A DNA stretch of 57,663 nt, filler included, from Sphacelaria rigidula (GCA_964200075.2; 7 parts of 7 records of this genome joined end to end with filler, not necessarily neighbours in it); one strand, 5' to 3'. Positions 39,027-50,349 are shown, numbered from the whole stretch's first letter. Notes: generated by a model from the letters alone, not told the origin. Program-made: numbers and translations.

Positions 39027-39657
39027 AGTGGTCAAATGACCAGTTATTCGGCTCATAAATCAGCGCACTTCCTTGTACAGTTTTGTGCCACAAGTGAAGT
39101 ACTTCTTGGTTGTGGGTCGAAAGTTGAGAGAGAAGAGTAGCAGTGGGCGCAATGTGAACAGTCAGAGTGACTTCGTCATGGGTTTGCGATTCGTGAAAAG
39201 TACTTCTTTGAGGTATGTTAGGCGCCACCAATTCCCCTAGAGTGTTGACGTGGCAAAATCATCCCGAACGCCTAGTCTGCAAACAACGTTCGTTTACCGG
39301 CCAAGACGATTGTGTCAACGGGTAAGCAATTTCCTTTCACCCGGAGTTGAAAAAGTAGCTCCCCAGACGAACATTATTGCCATTAAATTCCAGCACGTGC
39401 ACTTGGTGCAAACCATGTGGATATAATACGCCTACGTACGACTATCCACCGTTGCGTTAACCACATCCGTGAACCTGGCCCATGTCTCCTCCTTCCCCCT
39501 CTTTTGATTCTTCTAACTTTCGGCCGCCGCAAAGCAGCCCTTTTTTGTCCCCCCCCCTTTCGACGTACGCCCATTCTCTCTTCTCCGCTCACAATGCGCC
39601 GTGCGATTGCCGATCTTCTTGTTCTACAGCTTTCGCCAAACAAAGCCTGGGGCAGTC

Positions 39658-39835
39658 ATGAAGATCTTTGGCAAGATATCCTTGCTTCTGGCCCTCACGT
39701 TCAACCACCATGCTGGCTACGCGGCGAGACTTCTGCAGACGGACGATGTTGTCGGCCTGGGTAACCTTGAACCCGCAGACGATGTGATCACGAGCGAGGT
39801 GCGCGAGACTCTCGAGGCGGACGGTCAAACTACCG
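39658..39835 (+). CDS. first coding exon of a secreted or type II membrane protein
   Basis: GTCATG start after a TACAG acceptor (39629, implying a 5'UTR intron); MKIFGKISLLLALTFNHHAGYAARLLQ is signal-peptide-like; phase-1 G|GTGAG donor. Confidence 0.65.
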
Positions 39836-39979
39836 GTGAGCAACTTAACTCCTGTATCGACTGCTTACACCGCTCTTCCGCCAGAAAGCCCGAAAACAAT
39901 TCGCAGATAGAATGGAACAAGCAAGCGCGCCACTACTCGTGGTCCATTCCCATCACAGGAGAGTCGAACCGGGACTCCT

Positions 39980-40189
39980 TGTAATACGTGAGAGGACCGA
40001 GTGCTTAGAGGACGGCATGGTAGTCCAAAACACCCCAGGATCGACTTTTTCTGAACCAATCGGGTCAGTTTTTGCAGGGACCACGCCTCTGACCCCAACC
40101 CCAACCCTAACCCTAACCCTAACCCTAACCAAAGGGATGTTCGAATGCCGATGCGGTCCTCTAAGCCCGCGGTCCTCTCACGCATTACA
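39980..40189. mobile_element. TGTAA..TTACA MITE, copy C (intronic)
   Basis: same TIRs; (CCCTAA)4 run; flanks CTCCT/CTCAT. Confidence 0.88.
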
Positions 40190-40606
40190 CTCATCCTCAC
40201 TCGTCACGATAAGCAGATAAGGCTTCGGTAGTTGGAGTACCTACTACACTCCCATCTCGCTAAAACGAAGTAAACGACAAACCCATGAACCCACAAGACA
40301 ATCCGCGAGAAACAAGAGATGAATGTGTGTTCGAAGGATCTCGGCTGTTCGGTCATCATTGTGTACTCGTAGCGATTTCTCATGTCTCATGAAGGCGACA
40401 TCAATACCAAGAAAGTGCAGCATTTTGGTGGTGAACGCTCCACCCGACCAACACAGATCGCGTGAGTACCAATATTGTATGGACTTGGTATTCCAGGCAC
40501 TTGTGGAACAGCGAGGTCATCTGACCTCTACATATCAACGCTTGTTCTTCCCCGGCTATTGGCCTTTTTCCAAACACGCCTTGTGCTCTTGTCGTCTTTT
40601 GTTTAG

Positions 40607-40698
40607 TGGTTAAGGTGATGGTGGCAACTGTGCTGTGCGACACTCTCCCCAGTGCCGCAGGAGCCGATTTCCTCAAGTTTGCCATCGACACCAACGAG
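40607..40698 (+). CDS. second coding exon of the same gene; possible GT34-family glycosyltransferase
   Basis: polypyrimidine tract plus TTTAG acceptor, phase-1 compatible, VKVMVATVLCDTLPSAAGADFLKFAIDTNE, GAG|GTGAGC donor; resembles the GT34 segment 'ILLVTG...GDHYLLKSIKNKIDY'. Confidence 0.55.
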
Positions 40699-40853
40699 GT
40701 GAGCTACAGTACGGTGTTATTGTCGTTCAGAGATATACTTTTGACAGGACTTTCGATCAACTGCTGTTAGCCAATGCCGATCATAGCTTGGGATGTATCT
40801 TGCACGATGCACTAGCGCAAGTCAAATGCATGGAATGATACTTGGTGTGCTTG

Positions 40854-41161
40854 TTGTTGAGTAACCGATTGACTGCTGAGCTACTCAGCCAGCGCTGGCT
40901 GACTAGCTCAGCAGTCAATCGGTTACTCAACAAAAGCCAAGTTCGATGGGTCCGATGCATAACCCCGAGCACTCACGCCCCAGGGTTGCCATCCCTGTAG
41001 CCAACGCTGCGCTGGTGAGTCCAACCGGTTTGACATCGACTGCGCTCTCGATGGGTCTTACGTCGAACTTCTTTGGCTCGCACCCGGTGCTCATTTTTAC
41101 CAAAGGATCCTTATGACTGTCCTGGGGATTGAACCCAAGAACTAGGCTTTTGTTGAGTAAC
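40854..41161 (-). mobile_element. SINE-like element with tRNA-like head in inverted copies; 80-bp palindrome at 40854-40933
   Basis: minus-strand head ..GTTACTCAACAAAAGCCTAGTTCTTGGGTTCAATCCCC (B-box-like) at the contig end; TAGCTCAGCAGTCAATCGG (A-box-like) in both arms of the palindrome. Confidence 0.65.
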
Positions 41162-41261
41162 NNNNNNNNNNNNNNNNNNNNNNNNNNNNNNNNNNNNNNN
41201 NNNNNTTAATTAATTAANNNNNNNNNNNNNNNNNNNNNNNNNNNNNNNNNNNNNNNNNNNN
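41162..41261. other. artificial contig-joining linker
   Basis: same 100-bp spacer. Confidence 0.98.
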
Positions 41262-41277
41262 TACCTGCGGCTCTGCT

Positions 41278-41308
41278 GCCACGCGCGTTAGCCGTGGCTT
41301 ACCACTAG
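41278..41308 (+). mobile_element. Helitron-like 3' terminus
   Basis: GCCACG..CGTGGC hairpin, 6-nt spacer, then CTAG followed by T; the rest would lie beyond the contig start. Confidence 0.5.
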
Positions 41309-41580
41309 TTGTTATTATTATTGTTATTGTTATTATATTCCGCACATGAGTCCGATCTCGCGAACCCGTTGTCACAAACGTAGGCTCGTCTTTCCAATAC
41401 CGTCCCTAACACAATCATGTTTGAATTTTGTAGACCGCCTCCTATTGCGTGTGCTATGGTTATTTTTAATCATACAGTTCCGGAAGCCTCGTGCAGACGC
41501 TCGAATGCACAATGGGTGAAACGCCTACTACAGCTTCCAGAAAATGATCTAAAGCGGAGGATGCCGAATACATTACTCAA

Positions 41581-42026
41581 GACTTCTGTCACTCAAGATT
41601 AGATCGCCATGTGAACTCCTCCCATCACGGGCACATGGAATTCAGCAGCTTTAGTTATTCGTATATAACCCTCAGCATAGTACAGTGCGTGAGGTGCGGG
41701 GGGTTCATCGCCACCTGTCGATGAACCCCCGCACCTCACGTACGAGCGATACCACAACCTGCCCTAGCACTGCCTCAGAACCTCCTCGGCTCTACTTCTC
41801 CAACTCCTCGCGACGTTAACACGCCTTGAGCTGGTGTTGTTTGCTGCAAACTGATCAGGCCTGCAGACTTCCGTATCTTGAAGTGCCAGCTGCTTTTCAG
41901 CGGATCTACCGCCTCAGCGGACTTAATGAACGTTCATTATAGACCTCCGTCACTCAAGATCAGATCGCCATGTGGACTCCTCCCATCACGGGCACATGGA
42001 CTTCAGCAGCTTTAGTTATCCATGTA
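41581..42026 (+). repeat. two ~85-bp direct repeats (41581-41665, 41942-42026; LINE/SINE 3'-tail-like) around a hairpin at 41688-41740
   Basis: GTCACTCAAGATyAGATCGCCATGTGrACTCCTCCCATCACGGGCACATGGA.TTCAGCAGCTTTAGTTAT twice; 22-bp stem with one extra G and an 8-nt loop. Confidence 0.8.
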
Positions 42027-42188
42027 TTATTTAGTACAGGAGAACAGGACCACAGCCTCTCTCCACCAGAGTAGCAAAACCAGGCTCGCTCGTCATGGAG
42101 GTCACCCATCACAGAGTCCGGCAATCAGACCCGCAACTCCACCTACACAATGTCCCCACCCTTAGATAACAGTGGTGGCTAGAGTCTA

Positions 42189-43745
42189 CACGTCGCAGTA
42201 ACGTATTTTGAAACGTTTCACGTAACGTATTTTGTACGTTACACGCCACAATGAACGTTACACGTAACAATAAATGTTGCACGTCACATTATTATACGTT
42301 TGTAAGGTGTAAGGTAGTTTGAAACGTTACGTTTGTGACGTGCAACGTATTCTGGAACGTTATTGTGACGTGTAACGTATTTTGGAACGTTATTGTGACG
42401 TGTAACGAATATCATACGTTACGTTTGTGACGTGTCACGTAGAATGAACCGTCACACTTCGACCGTGTTGAGGGCAAACAAACGCTACGTACGACGTTGT
42501 AAGGTTTCATATACCGCAACTTGGTACTGGAGGTTCACGGTGGCTACCTTGTTCGAACATGAGGTGCGTTCTGCTCGCTATGTTGACATGTAAAATTCAT
42601 CCCTGGCTCACGTTGAATTTTCGAAAAAATACATGAGTACGTTGATGATGCACGACAATCAGATTGTGAGATACCAAGATGCGCGCAGGCCATGATGTAC
42701 ACATACAAACGCAAGTATGTACAGATCATACGTTAGTGGTACCTGGTAGTCGGTTGACACTTTGTAGGACACAGAAAACATAGCAATCCGATTCTGTATT
42801 GTTATTATTATTTGCTCTCGCAGCAGGGCGTGTATGCAGAAGACTTGTATTCTATATACAGATGAACTGATGATCCGGTACGAATCCAGCCGCGTTCGCT
42901 GGGCGCACATCATGAAGGTAGAAACACATCATGACTCATTGTGCCAAGAATTAGTAGAGACAAAAACTTACACAAAACCGTTCGGACAGAGACGGACGGC
43001 AGAAAAACAGAAAAACAAAACAACCTCAACGTAAGAAAACAAAGCGAAATCAACGAAATAAGGAACAAAACTACAGAACAGCAGTGGAGTCACCAAATTT
43101 GTCCACGAGGTCACAATCTCGTGTCACCCTTCGCACCTCTTCAACGGCACAAGGTCTCTGATTACTTCGTAGTCCATATTTAGATACTGGTGACACCAAT
43201 AAGTAAAACGGCACACGGCAACTGAAAATAATGCATACTATGGTTGGGTGTGGTGTAGCGGTGCATGCTGCCGTGGCGCTGAACTTGCGCTTACATCGCA
43301 TGCGTATTATAATGACGTATGCACACTCTTCTTGAACCCATGTATCATATCATGCGAGTATCACATATGCTGATCTCACATTGATTGTGGTACAAGTTGA
43401 GCGTATGACGGTCGTGACGTTCATCCAGACGTCATAAACGTATAATGATGTGACGTGTAACGTAATTTGTGACGTATAACGTATTTTTGGAACGTGAATT
43501 ATTGAATACCTTACGCGTTGCGGGAAACGTTTCAAAATACGCTACTGTGACGTATGAAAAAAAACGTCACGTCACGTCACATTTGTGACATATTGAAAAA
43601 TCGAACGTTACGTCGCGTCACATTTCTTCACCGGTACTGTACGTTACGTCACATCTGTGACGTATTCGAAAAACATACGTTACGTTACGTCACACCCTTG
43701 TGATGTACATTTGTGACGTGTAACGTGTAACGTCAAGAGTCCTGG
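42189..43745. repeat. two ACGT-rich arrays (about 42189-42460 and 43405-43745) in inverted orientation, probably DNA-transposon subterminal repeats
   Basis: GTGACGTGTAACGTA units; CAGTAACGTATTTTGAAACGTTTC mirrored by GAAACGTTTCAAAATACGCTACTG. Confidence 0.75.
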
Positions 43746-44494
43746 TATTTTCCTTTTCTCATCACGTCCAGTTTTTTCTCAAATTTTTTGAATTATATTG
43801 CTTTGGCGTTCAGGTGTCTGGAGTTTTTACTTCGTTGTGTAGCAAACAATGAAAAAATTGGACGTATCCTGTCGACTTTTCCCCTTATTTGGTATGGAGA
43901 ATAGAGGAAGCGAGCGCGCATTTGCAATATCATTATCGCGCAGTTTCGAGGTTTGGCGCGTTTGTTATTCAATAATGAGGAATGCGTTCGCAGCGCTTAG
44001 TGCGTAGGGTCGAGGTAAACGCTCAAATTCGATCGAAACATGACGGAATAGTGGCCGCGAAATATACTTTGGCATATCACCGGCTCGAACAACACACAAT
44101 GTATCAGGCATCACACCTGGCGTTGTGATCAAATACCTCTTTTGCGACGTGCCTCGCGCACGATGAAGAACCATTTTTGTTGAACCGAAGCATCACGCCG
44201 CCAGTATACTTCACCACTCGGGGGGGTGCTATGGTTGAGTTTCAGTTCGACTTGATTTTAGTGTGGATGGGGAAATCCGGATTTTTATTGCGGCTGTGCT
44301 CCAAGCATGCTTCAAGCGTGCGCAAAACGCGTTCTTGTCGAAATCGACTCCTGGGGCGCCGATTTGAGGTCTGACAATGCACACTTTGCCTAGAGGTTAG
44401 GGTGTTCTCGTGAAGAAATGGTCTTCAACACACCGAACGCCCTAAACCAGTGAAAAAAAGAATCGAAAAAAACCTGACCCACTGAGTTTTGTTA

Positions 44495-45712
44495 ATCATG
44501 CCTTATAGAGCGCCCACACAAAATTTCAACACACGAAAACCAAACGTGGGCCGGTGAGTGGACTACGAAATACTGTTTCGAATTTCTACCGACCCGGTTT
44601 TGAATAGACCCATGATCCGGCCAATATTTAGACTTGGAGCGTAAATTTTGATACGGACAATGCATAGGGCATGGAAAAAAAAATCACGTCGGAACCACAA
44701 CTTTTTTTTTCATGAGTTGAGGGCAATAATCAGTTTTCAGGTATCAGTAGAATGCCGTTAGCTCATGAAGAAAGAATGGTACCGTATGGTTTAGTACACA
44801 ACAGTAGAACACCGCCAGCGGGTTATGGGTCCTCGCCTCTCTGAGACAACAGAGTGCTCTGTCGTTAGCTACGACGGTGCGTTGAGGATAGGACAATGCT
44901 CAGGAGAGCTGACAGTGAAGATCCCAGAAGTGGACCGGGAAGTGGAGTGAAATGAGAGACGGGGGGCGAGCGGTACAGGCTCGCGTCGTGTCTCGGACAA
45001 AAGACAAGCCACTAGCTAGTCAAGTTCACAGAACATGCTTGTGGTGTGGTTTACAGTCAAGCTCAATGTGGGCTTGATGGCATCGTGTGCGTTGGCTTAG
45101 AGCTTGGAGCGTACAAATTGCTCCGTGGCCCCCAAGATACACGGACAGCCCGACAAGCCTTCTAAGGCGGTATAGCCGACACCCGAGGAACCTTCCTCGT
45201 GGCTAGAAGTTTCCTATGGACAAGACCCGTAGGTCTGGTTCTACATAGAACCGTAAGTCATGTTGGGTTCGCATAGCTGGGACCCACATTACCCCCCCAT
45301 TATGACGGTGTTAAAGCTCTCACTCCGTCGAAGCGAAATAATAAGGGATCGCAGTTCATGCGGATATCTAACATTCTTTGAGACATACATCCGGAGTGCT
45401 CACTCACGACACTAAGGTGTATTTGCATAAGATGACGAAAGACATGCAAACGAAGTATTTAGGTTGCTTGAGTACCGATTGACAATAAAACATGTACTAT
45501 GTTGATCTTGTATCAATAATAGTAGGTCATCTGGTTCTACATAGAACCATAAGTCATGTTGGGTTCGCATAGCTGGGACCCACAACCGACGTAATTTTTT
45601 TTCATGCCCGATGCATTGTCCATATACCAAATTTTACGATCCAACTCTAAATATTGGCCGGAGCATGGGCCTGCAAACCTCAAATCCGCCTCTAGGCTGG
45701 CCCAGCCTGTAA
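44495..45712. mobile_element. non-autonomous element (homolog at about 55180-55590) split by an LTR-derived insertion
   Basis: collinear with 55180-55590 (CCAAACGTGrGCCGGT..TTTCATGAG..AATGCCGT..AAATCCGCyTCTAGGCTGGCCCAGC) once 44785-45584 is removed. Confidence 0.75.
44785..45584 (-). mobile_element. internally deleted LTR retroelement: full 3' LTR (44785-45288), PPT (45289-45300), ~60-bp 5' LTR stub (about 45522-45584)
   Basis: minus-strand TGTGGGTCCCAGCTATGCGAACC start repeated; ATGGGGGGGTAA purine-rich tract directly before the full LTR; 4-bp TSD ACCG (44781-44784, 45585-45588). Confidence 0.8.
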
Positions 45713-46425
45713 CCCGGAGTGGGTGCACGCCTGATAGTATGAAGGTACAGCAGCACCAGTGTGTGATTTCCTATCTGGCATAATAGAAGTGACGGCACAA
45801 CACGCGGCGTGGAGGTTACTTTACACTTGGGAGGGTGAGAAACCCCAACCCCAACCCCAACGAAGGCACACCAATAACCCCTGGGCGAGGGGGTGCAAAG
45901 TGTTTCCCATAAAAAATAAATAAATGAAGGACCATTTTTTTTTCATGTTAGGCACACCTACGTGGTTCTTTCTCCATGCTACGTTTCAAATCACAATTCT
46001 AAAAATTGAGCTAAAACGTTGAGATGAGGCCCAAGAGCAATGTTCATTTCTCCTCAAAACTCCACCACAAACACGAAAAAAGATGAAAAAGATGAAAAAA
46101 ACGAAGAAAAGGTAACAAGCTGTTTTATTTAATTTTATTATACACTAGCGGTTCACCACACGAAATTTCATACAACAACTCTCAAAAACTGACACGCGAT
46201 ATCCAGATTTAGGGCATCTAGTGCCTCTGCTCGTAATATATTAATTTTAGGATCGAAACTTATGTGCACCATATCTCGAGAAAGATATCGAATTAGCTGA
46301 AAGTCAGGGTATCTGTCGTCTACCCGTGCTTCAGGGAATGTCTACACCAAAAGCCGTCGTCATCCGCTGAATACATCGATCGGGGGTTTCATATAGATTT
46401 TAGTATGGACTTCATCTCCGTTAGG

Positions 46426-46897
46426 TGTAGGAATTACTAGACATGGGGTTCAATCAACGAGAAAATATGGGCCCAAACGTTTGAGCAGATGGGCACCTTC
46501 CCCTTGGTTGGACGATTAATACGATATGCGGATTACTGTGAAAGTCGTGAGACTCCCGGTGACGGTAAAAACCTTCGAAGGTGGCCGATGATTTTCCTCG
46601 GGTTATGTAGTCAAGGATTGACCGTAAGTCGTGGGGTTGAGGCAAGGAGATCACTCGGGAAGCTCGACGAGCGCGAGCGAGTTAGCCCGAAGACGAAGTT
46701 GAAGTCTAAGTGATCCCCAGGGATAGCCAGCAGTTCGCTGGGAAGATCCCTATTACCTTGGGGTCCCAGATCCGGCTGTACAGATATGGGAGTTTCAAGG
46801 CTCCTGCGAGAACTACCCCTGCCTGCAACAGCCGTTCACTAGGTTACACGTCATAAAAGGAAATCTCTCCGCACATGCCCAAATGGCGATCTCCACA
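46426..46897 (-). mobile_element. 3' LTR of the Gypsy element
   Basis: minus-strand PPT AAAGGGGGGGGGTGA directly before TGTGGAG at 46897; candidate CCTACA end at 46426 (end less certain). Confidence 0.7.
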
Positions 46898-47475
46898 TCA
46901 CCCCCCCCCTTTGATGCGCCTCGAGGCCATCTTTGAAGGCTGGTGGGGGGCATTCGGGAAAATTATGTTTTTGGTAGTATAATTTGTATGTGCTTCTGAG
47001 ATACTTTTATAGTAGCTGTAGTTGAACGCGTCATATCCTCTATACTGGGTGTTGAGAAACACTAACCAATATATTATATCAACGTTCTCCTACAGGCTCG
47101 TGTAAAGAAAAAATGGAAAATGATTTGTTTTCCTTGATATTTCGTACAAGTTTCCTTCACTGATCAGCTGAATGATCTGCACAGACTACCGTATACGACG
47201 GCCTGTACCAATAAGGTCCGCTCATGACTTGCAGAGGAGTCGAGCCATGGTGGCCGCGTGATGTATTAGGTAACCAGGGAGAGGTTGATATCGGATACAA
47301 CGGTGGTAAAAATATGCTTATTCTTTTCTCGGAGCATTTTGCTCGGAGTAGAAAGAAATTTTACGGCAATCCTTGTCAGCAAGTTCCCCGTACGCTGATA
47401 AGAGCTTTATTCAAAGACCAAGTCCCTCTTCACCGTCGATCTGTATTCGATCGTGAGATCTGTCCCGATATTATT

Positions 47476-47905
47476 GTTAGTCGTGTAGGTATGACACGAT
47501 TTATTACATCAGCTCGCCTTATAACTATCTCTTTTCTCCGGATTAATGACACGGCGAGTCAAGTTAGTGCGTGTTATCCGATCTTGAACTGATTTGATAC
47601 GCGTTTGTGTCTGAATATAATGTTAGTCGTGTAGGCCTGACACGAATTTTTCTGCCAGCTCGCCTTATTTTTCATCTTTTCTTGTTCGCGAAGGGGCGGC
47701 GAGTCATGCTAGCGCGTATTTTTCAACTTGGTTTGATTTGATACGCATTTTGTTTTTCAGACATTTGTTAGTCGTGAAAAGTATGAAACGATTTTGTTTC
47801 AGCTCGCCTCATGTTCTTCTCTTATTTTCCGAATTTTGAGATGGCGGGTCAAATTAGCGCGTATTGTTCAACTTGTGTTTTATTCGATACGCGTTTATGA
47901 GTTGT
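47476..47905. repeat. three ~145-bp tandem repeats in the Gypsy 3' region
   Basis: GTTAGTCGTG at 47476, 47622 and 47767; shared CAGCTCGCCT and GATACGC. Confidence 0.85.
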
Positions 47906-49246
47906 TGACATTGTAGTATCTCGTCCGCTCGGCACTTGAAGTCTGCTAACGGCCCGTAGCCTTGAAGACGGAGACGGTACTTGAAATTTCGATGGCCCTT
48001 TCTTCCCGGGCCTCGTTTGTGGCCCACCATCTTGTCAACCATGTAACGTTCAATTCTCGGTTTCGTTACTTCCGGACGGTCAAGGTGGGGCAGGGGAATT
48101 TTTTGCCTAGGAAATACTCGTCGAGTGTGTCAAACTCGGGAGCTGGGGGTCGTTCTCGTGGATAATATTGCTTAAGGTGAGCGAGGTGTAGTGACGTCTC
48201 TTTCGCATCTTCGCTGATCTTGACCTCATAGACAACCCGAGAAATTTATTTGACGACCTTGTATGGCCCCCGCCATGGTAATACCAACTTTGAATTAGGA
48301 CCGTCTGTGTCTTGGTGTGGCCCGAACAGCAGCACTTGTTGGCCAGGTTTCAAGACAGGGTATGGCTTGAGCTTATCATTGCTTGCCTTTTGTTCGTCTG
48401 CTCGTTTTTTCAAGTTGCGTCCTGCAATTTCAAAAGCAATCTGCAAGTTGTCTTTTGTCTCTTTCGCGTATTGTTCAGCATCCACACCGTGCCCTTTTTC
48501 GGAAATGCCCAAAATAATGCCGACAGGTAATTTTGGTTGACGTCCGAACATAAGGAAGTAGGGTGTTTCTTGCACTGAGGTGTTGTATGATGTAATATAC
48601 GCCATATGCACGAAGAGTAGCATAGACGCCCAGTTATCTTGTTCGACAGAGCTATGCATGGTTAACATGGCGTGTAAATTCGAGTGTACGCGCCCTGAAA
48701 CAGAGTTGCCTTGAGGGCGGAATGCTGTCGTGCGTGTTTTGTCAAACCTAAGGATCAACTGCAACTGGTATATAACCCAGTTTTCAAACTCCTTACCCTG
48801 ATCGGAATGTAGTTTTTCGGGTATCGCAAATGTCGTGAAGACACGGTCTACCAACATTCTTGCCACAGGATCGGCGGATTTGTTCGGTATGGGAATAAAC
48901 AGTGCATATCGTGTCAGATGATCCATCACAGACTCTACATACTGACACGGCACATCGGCTGACGAATTCGAAATAGTCTTGTATTCGACAAGATCTATCG
49001 ATATCCGCTCAAAAGGTCTGTTCACAGGTACATGGCCTACAGGTAATTTCGTACGGTTATGGACCGTCTTCCTCCTCTGACAGGAATGGCAACGTTGATA
49101 CCACTTTCGCACATCTTGGCTCGATGTCGGCCAGTAGTATTTCTTCTTAATTTTTCATAGGTCGGTTTGAATCCAAGGTGACCCCCAGACAACACACGAT
49201 CGTGCCATGAGTGCAAAACGAAGGTAACCAGAGCTTCTGGTAGCAC
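47854..49246 (-). pseudogene. pol: Ty3/Gypsy (chromoviral) pol C-terminus: integrase plus chromodomain, inactivated
   Basis: HHCC zinc finger (HDRVLSGGHLG..CHSCQRRK) split by a frameshift near 49130; core ISIDLV / HSDQGKEF / NSVSGRVH (catalytic E replaced by G); GPY motif WRGPYKV; stop at 48246; chromodomain VDKMVGHKR..KYRLRLQGYGPLAD..LINAY. Confidence 0.92.
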
Positions 49247-49412
49247 TGTCTATCGCGATCGGTGCCTTTCTTTCAAGGGTCGGACAAAAAATGATTCGTC
49301 TGGAAATGACTTGGTTTTAGTATGATGGGTCGACTCGTGACGAATCAATCGCTAGACTTCCTTTCAGCGTTGCAACCCAGGTACGCGCAGCCCAGACACG
49401 TGGAATGGCGCA

Positions 49413-49512
49413 NNNNNNNNNNNNNNNNNNNNNNNNNNNNNNNNNNNNNNNNNNNNTTAATTAATTAANNNNNNNNNNNNNNNNNNNNNNNNNNNNNNNN
49501 NNNNNNNNNNNN
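49413..49512. other. artificial contig-joining linker
   Basis: same 100-bp spacer. Confidence 0.98.
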
Positions 49513-49591
49513 GTCCCGGCTTTGTAGGGATGCGAGGTCAATGGTCTGATGACTATGGCATGCATGATCATGCGTACACTTCCCCTACTGG

Positions 49592-49999
49592 AACACGGGA
49601 ATTTACAAATTGGGGATGAATTATTTATTGGGGATGAGAACCCGGAGAATCAAATTTTTCGTATCCACACCAAATCTTCAAAATATGGTTCCATTTCTTC
49701 ATTCGCTGGTAGCTTTTGACAACTACCATACACCATACAAATTTGGATACCGATAACCGAAATGTTGGGGTCCTAGGTGAAAAAATATTCTACGGACTTT
49801 ACGTGATCCGATCAGACCCCAATTTGTTTTTTCACCTAGGACCCCAGCATTTCGGTTATCGGAATCAAAAATGGTATGGCGCGTAGAAGCCGTCAATAGC
49901 TACCAGCGAATGAAGAAATGGTGTGGATACGAAGGTTTTAATTCTCCGGGTTCTCATCCCCAACCAAAAATCCACCCCCAGTTTGTAAAATCCTGTGTT
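49592..49999. mobile_element. AACACGG-terminated MITE, copy 3
   Basis: homologous to copies 1 and 2; 4-bp TSD CTGG (49588-49591, 50000-50003). Confidence 0.9.
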
Positions 50000-50349
50000 C
50001 TGGCGCCAATCCCATTCTGAGGCAAGCTCCTCATCACGGCCGTGCCCTCCCACGATGCAGCTTTGCGCGTGCTTCACGAGTTGAACCACCCAGGCTTCCG
50101 CTTACGTGCCTCCTGGCCCTTGAGCATCTTCTGCAGCCTCGCCAGTGGTGTAAAGTGCCTGTCGAACCTTCTTCCGAAACGAGAGCCAGTCCCGCGGCGC
50201 GATGGTGGCGACATTGGGGTTGTCTCTTGCAGCTCTCATGGATACTAATTTTCTACTCTTGTCCTTCCTACAGCTGTAGCAGTCGACAAAATCGTTGGGA
50301 TCGGAAGTAGTAGAGGACCGCCATGTTGGCATTCGTTCCAAGCAGTTGC

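Noticed and set aside
30289..39760. Shared AARLL(E/Q)T..DD motif in two exons suggesting an RxLR-like secreted family
   Set aside because: The 30289 exon has no signal peptide, the contigs are unlinked and similarity does not extend; likely coincidence.
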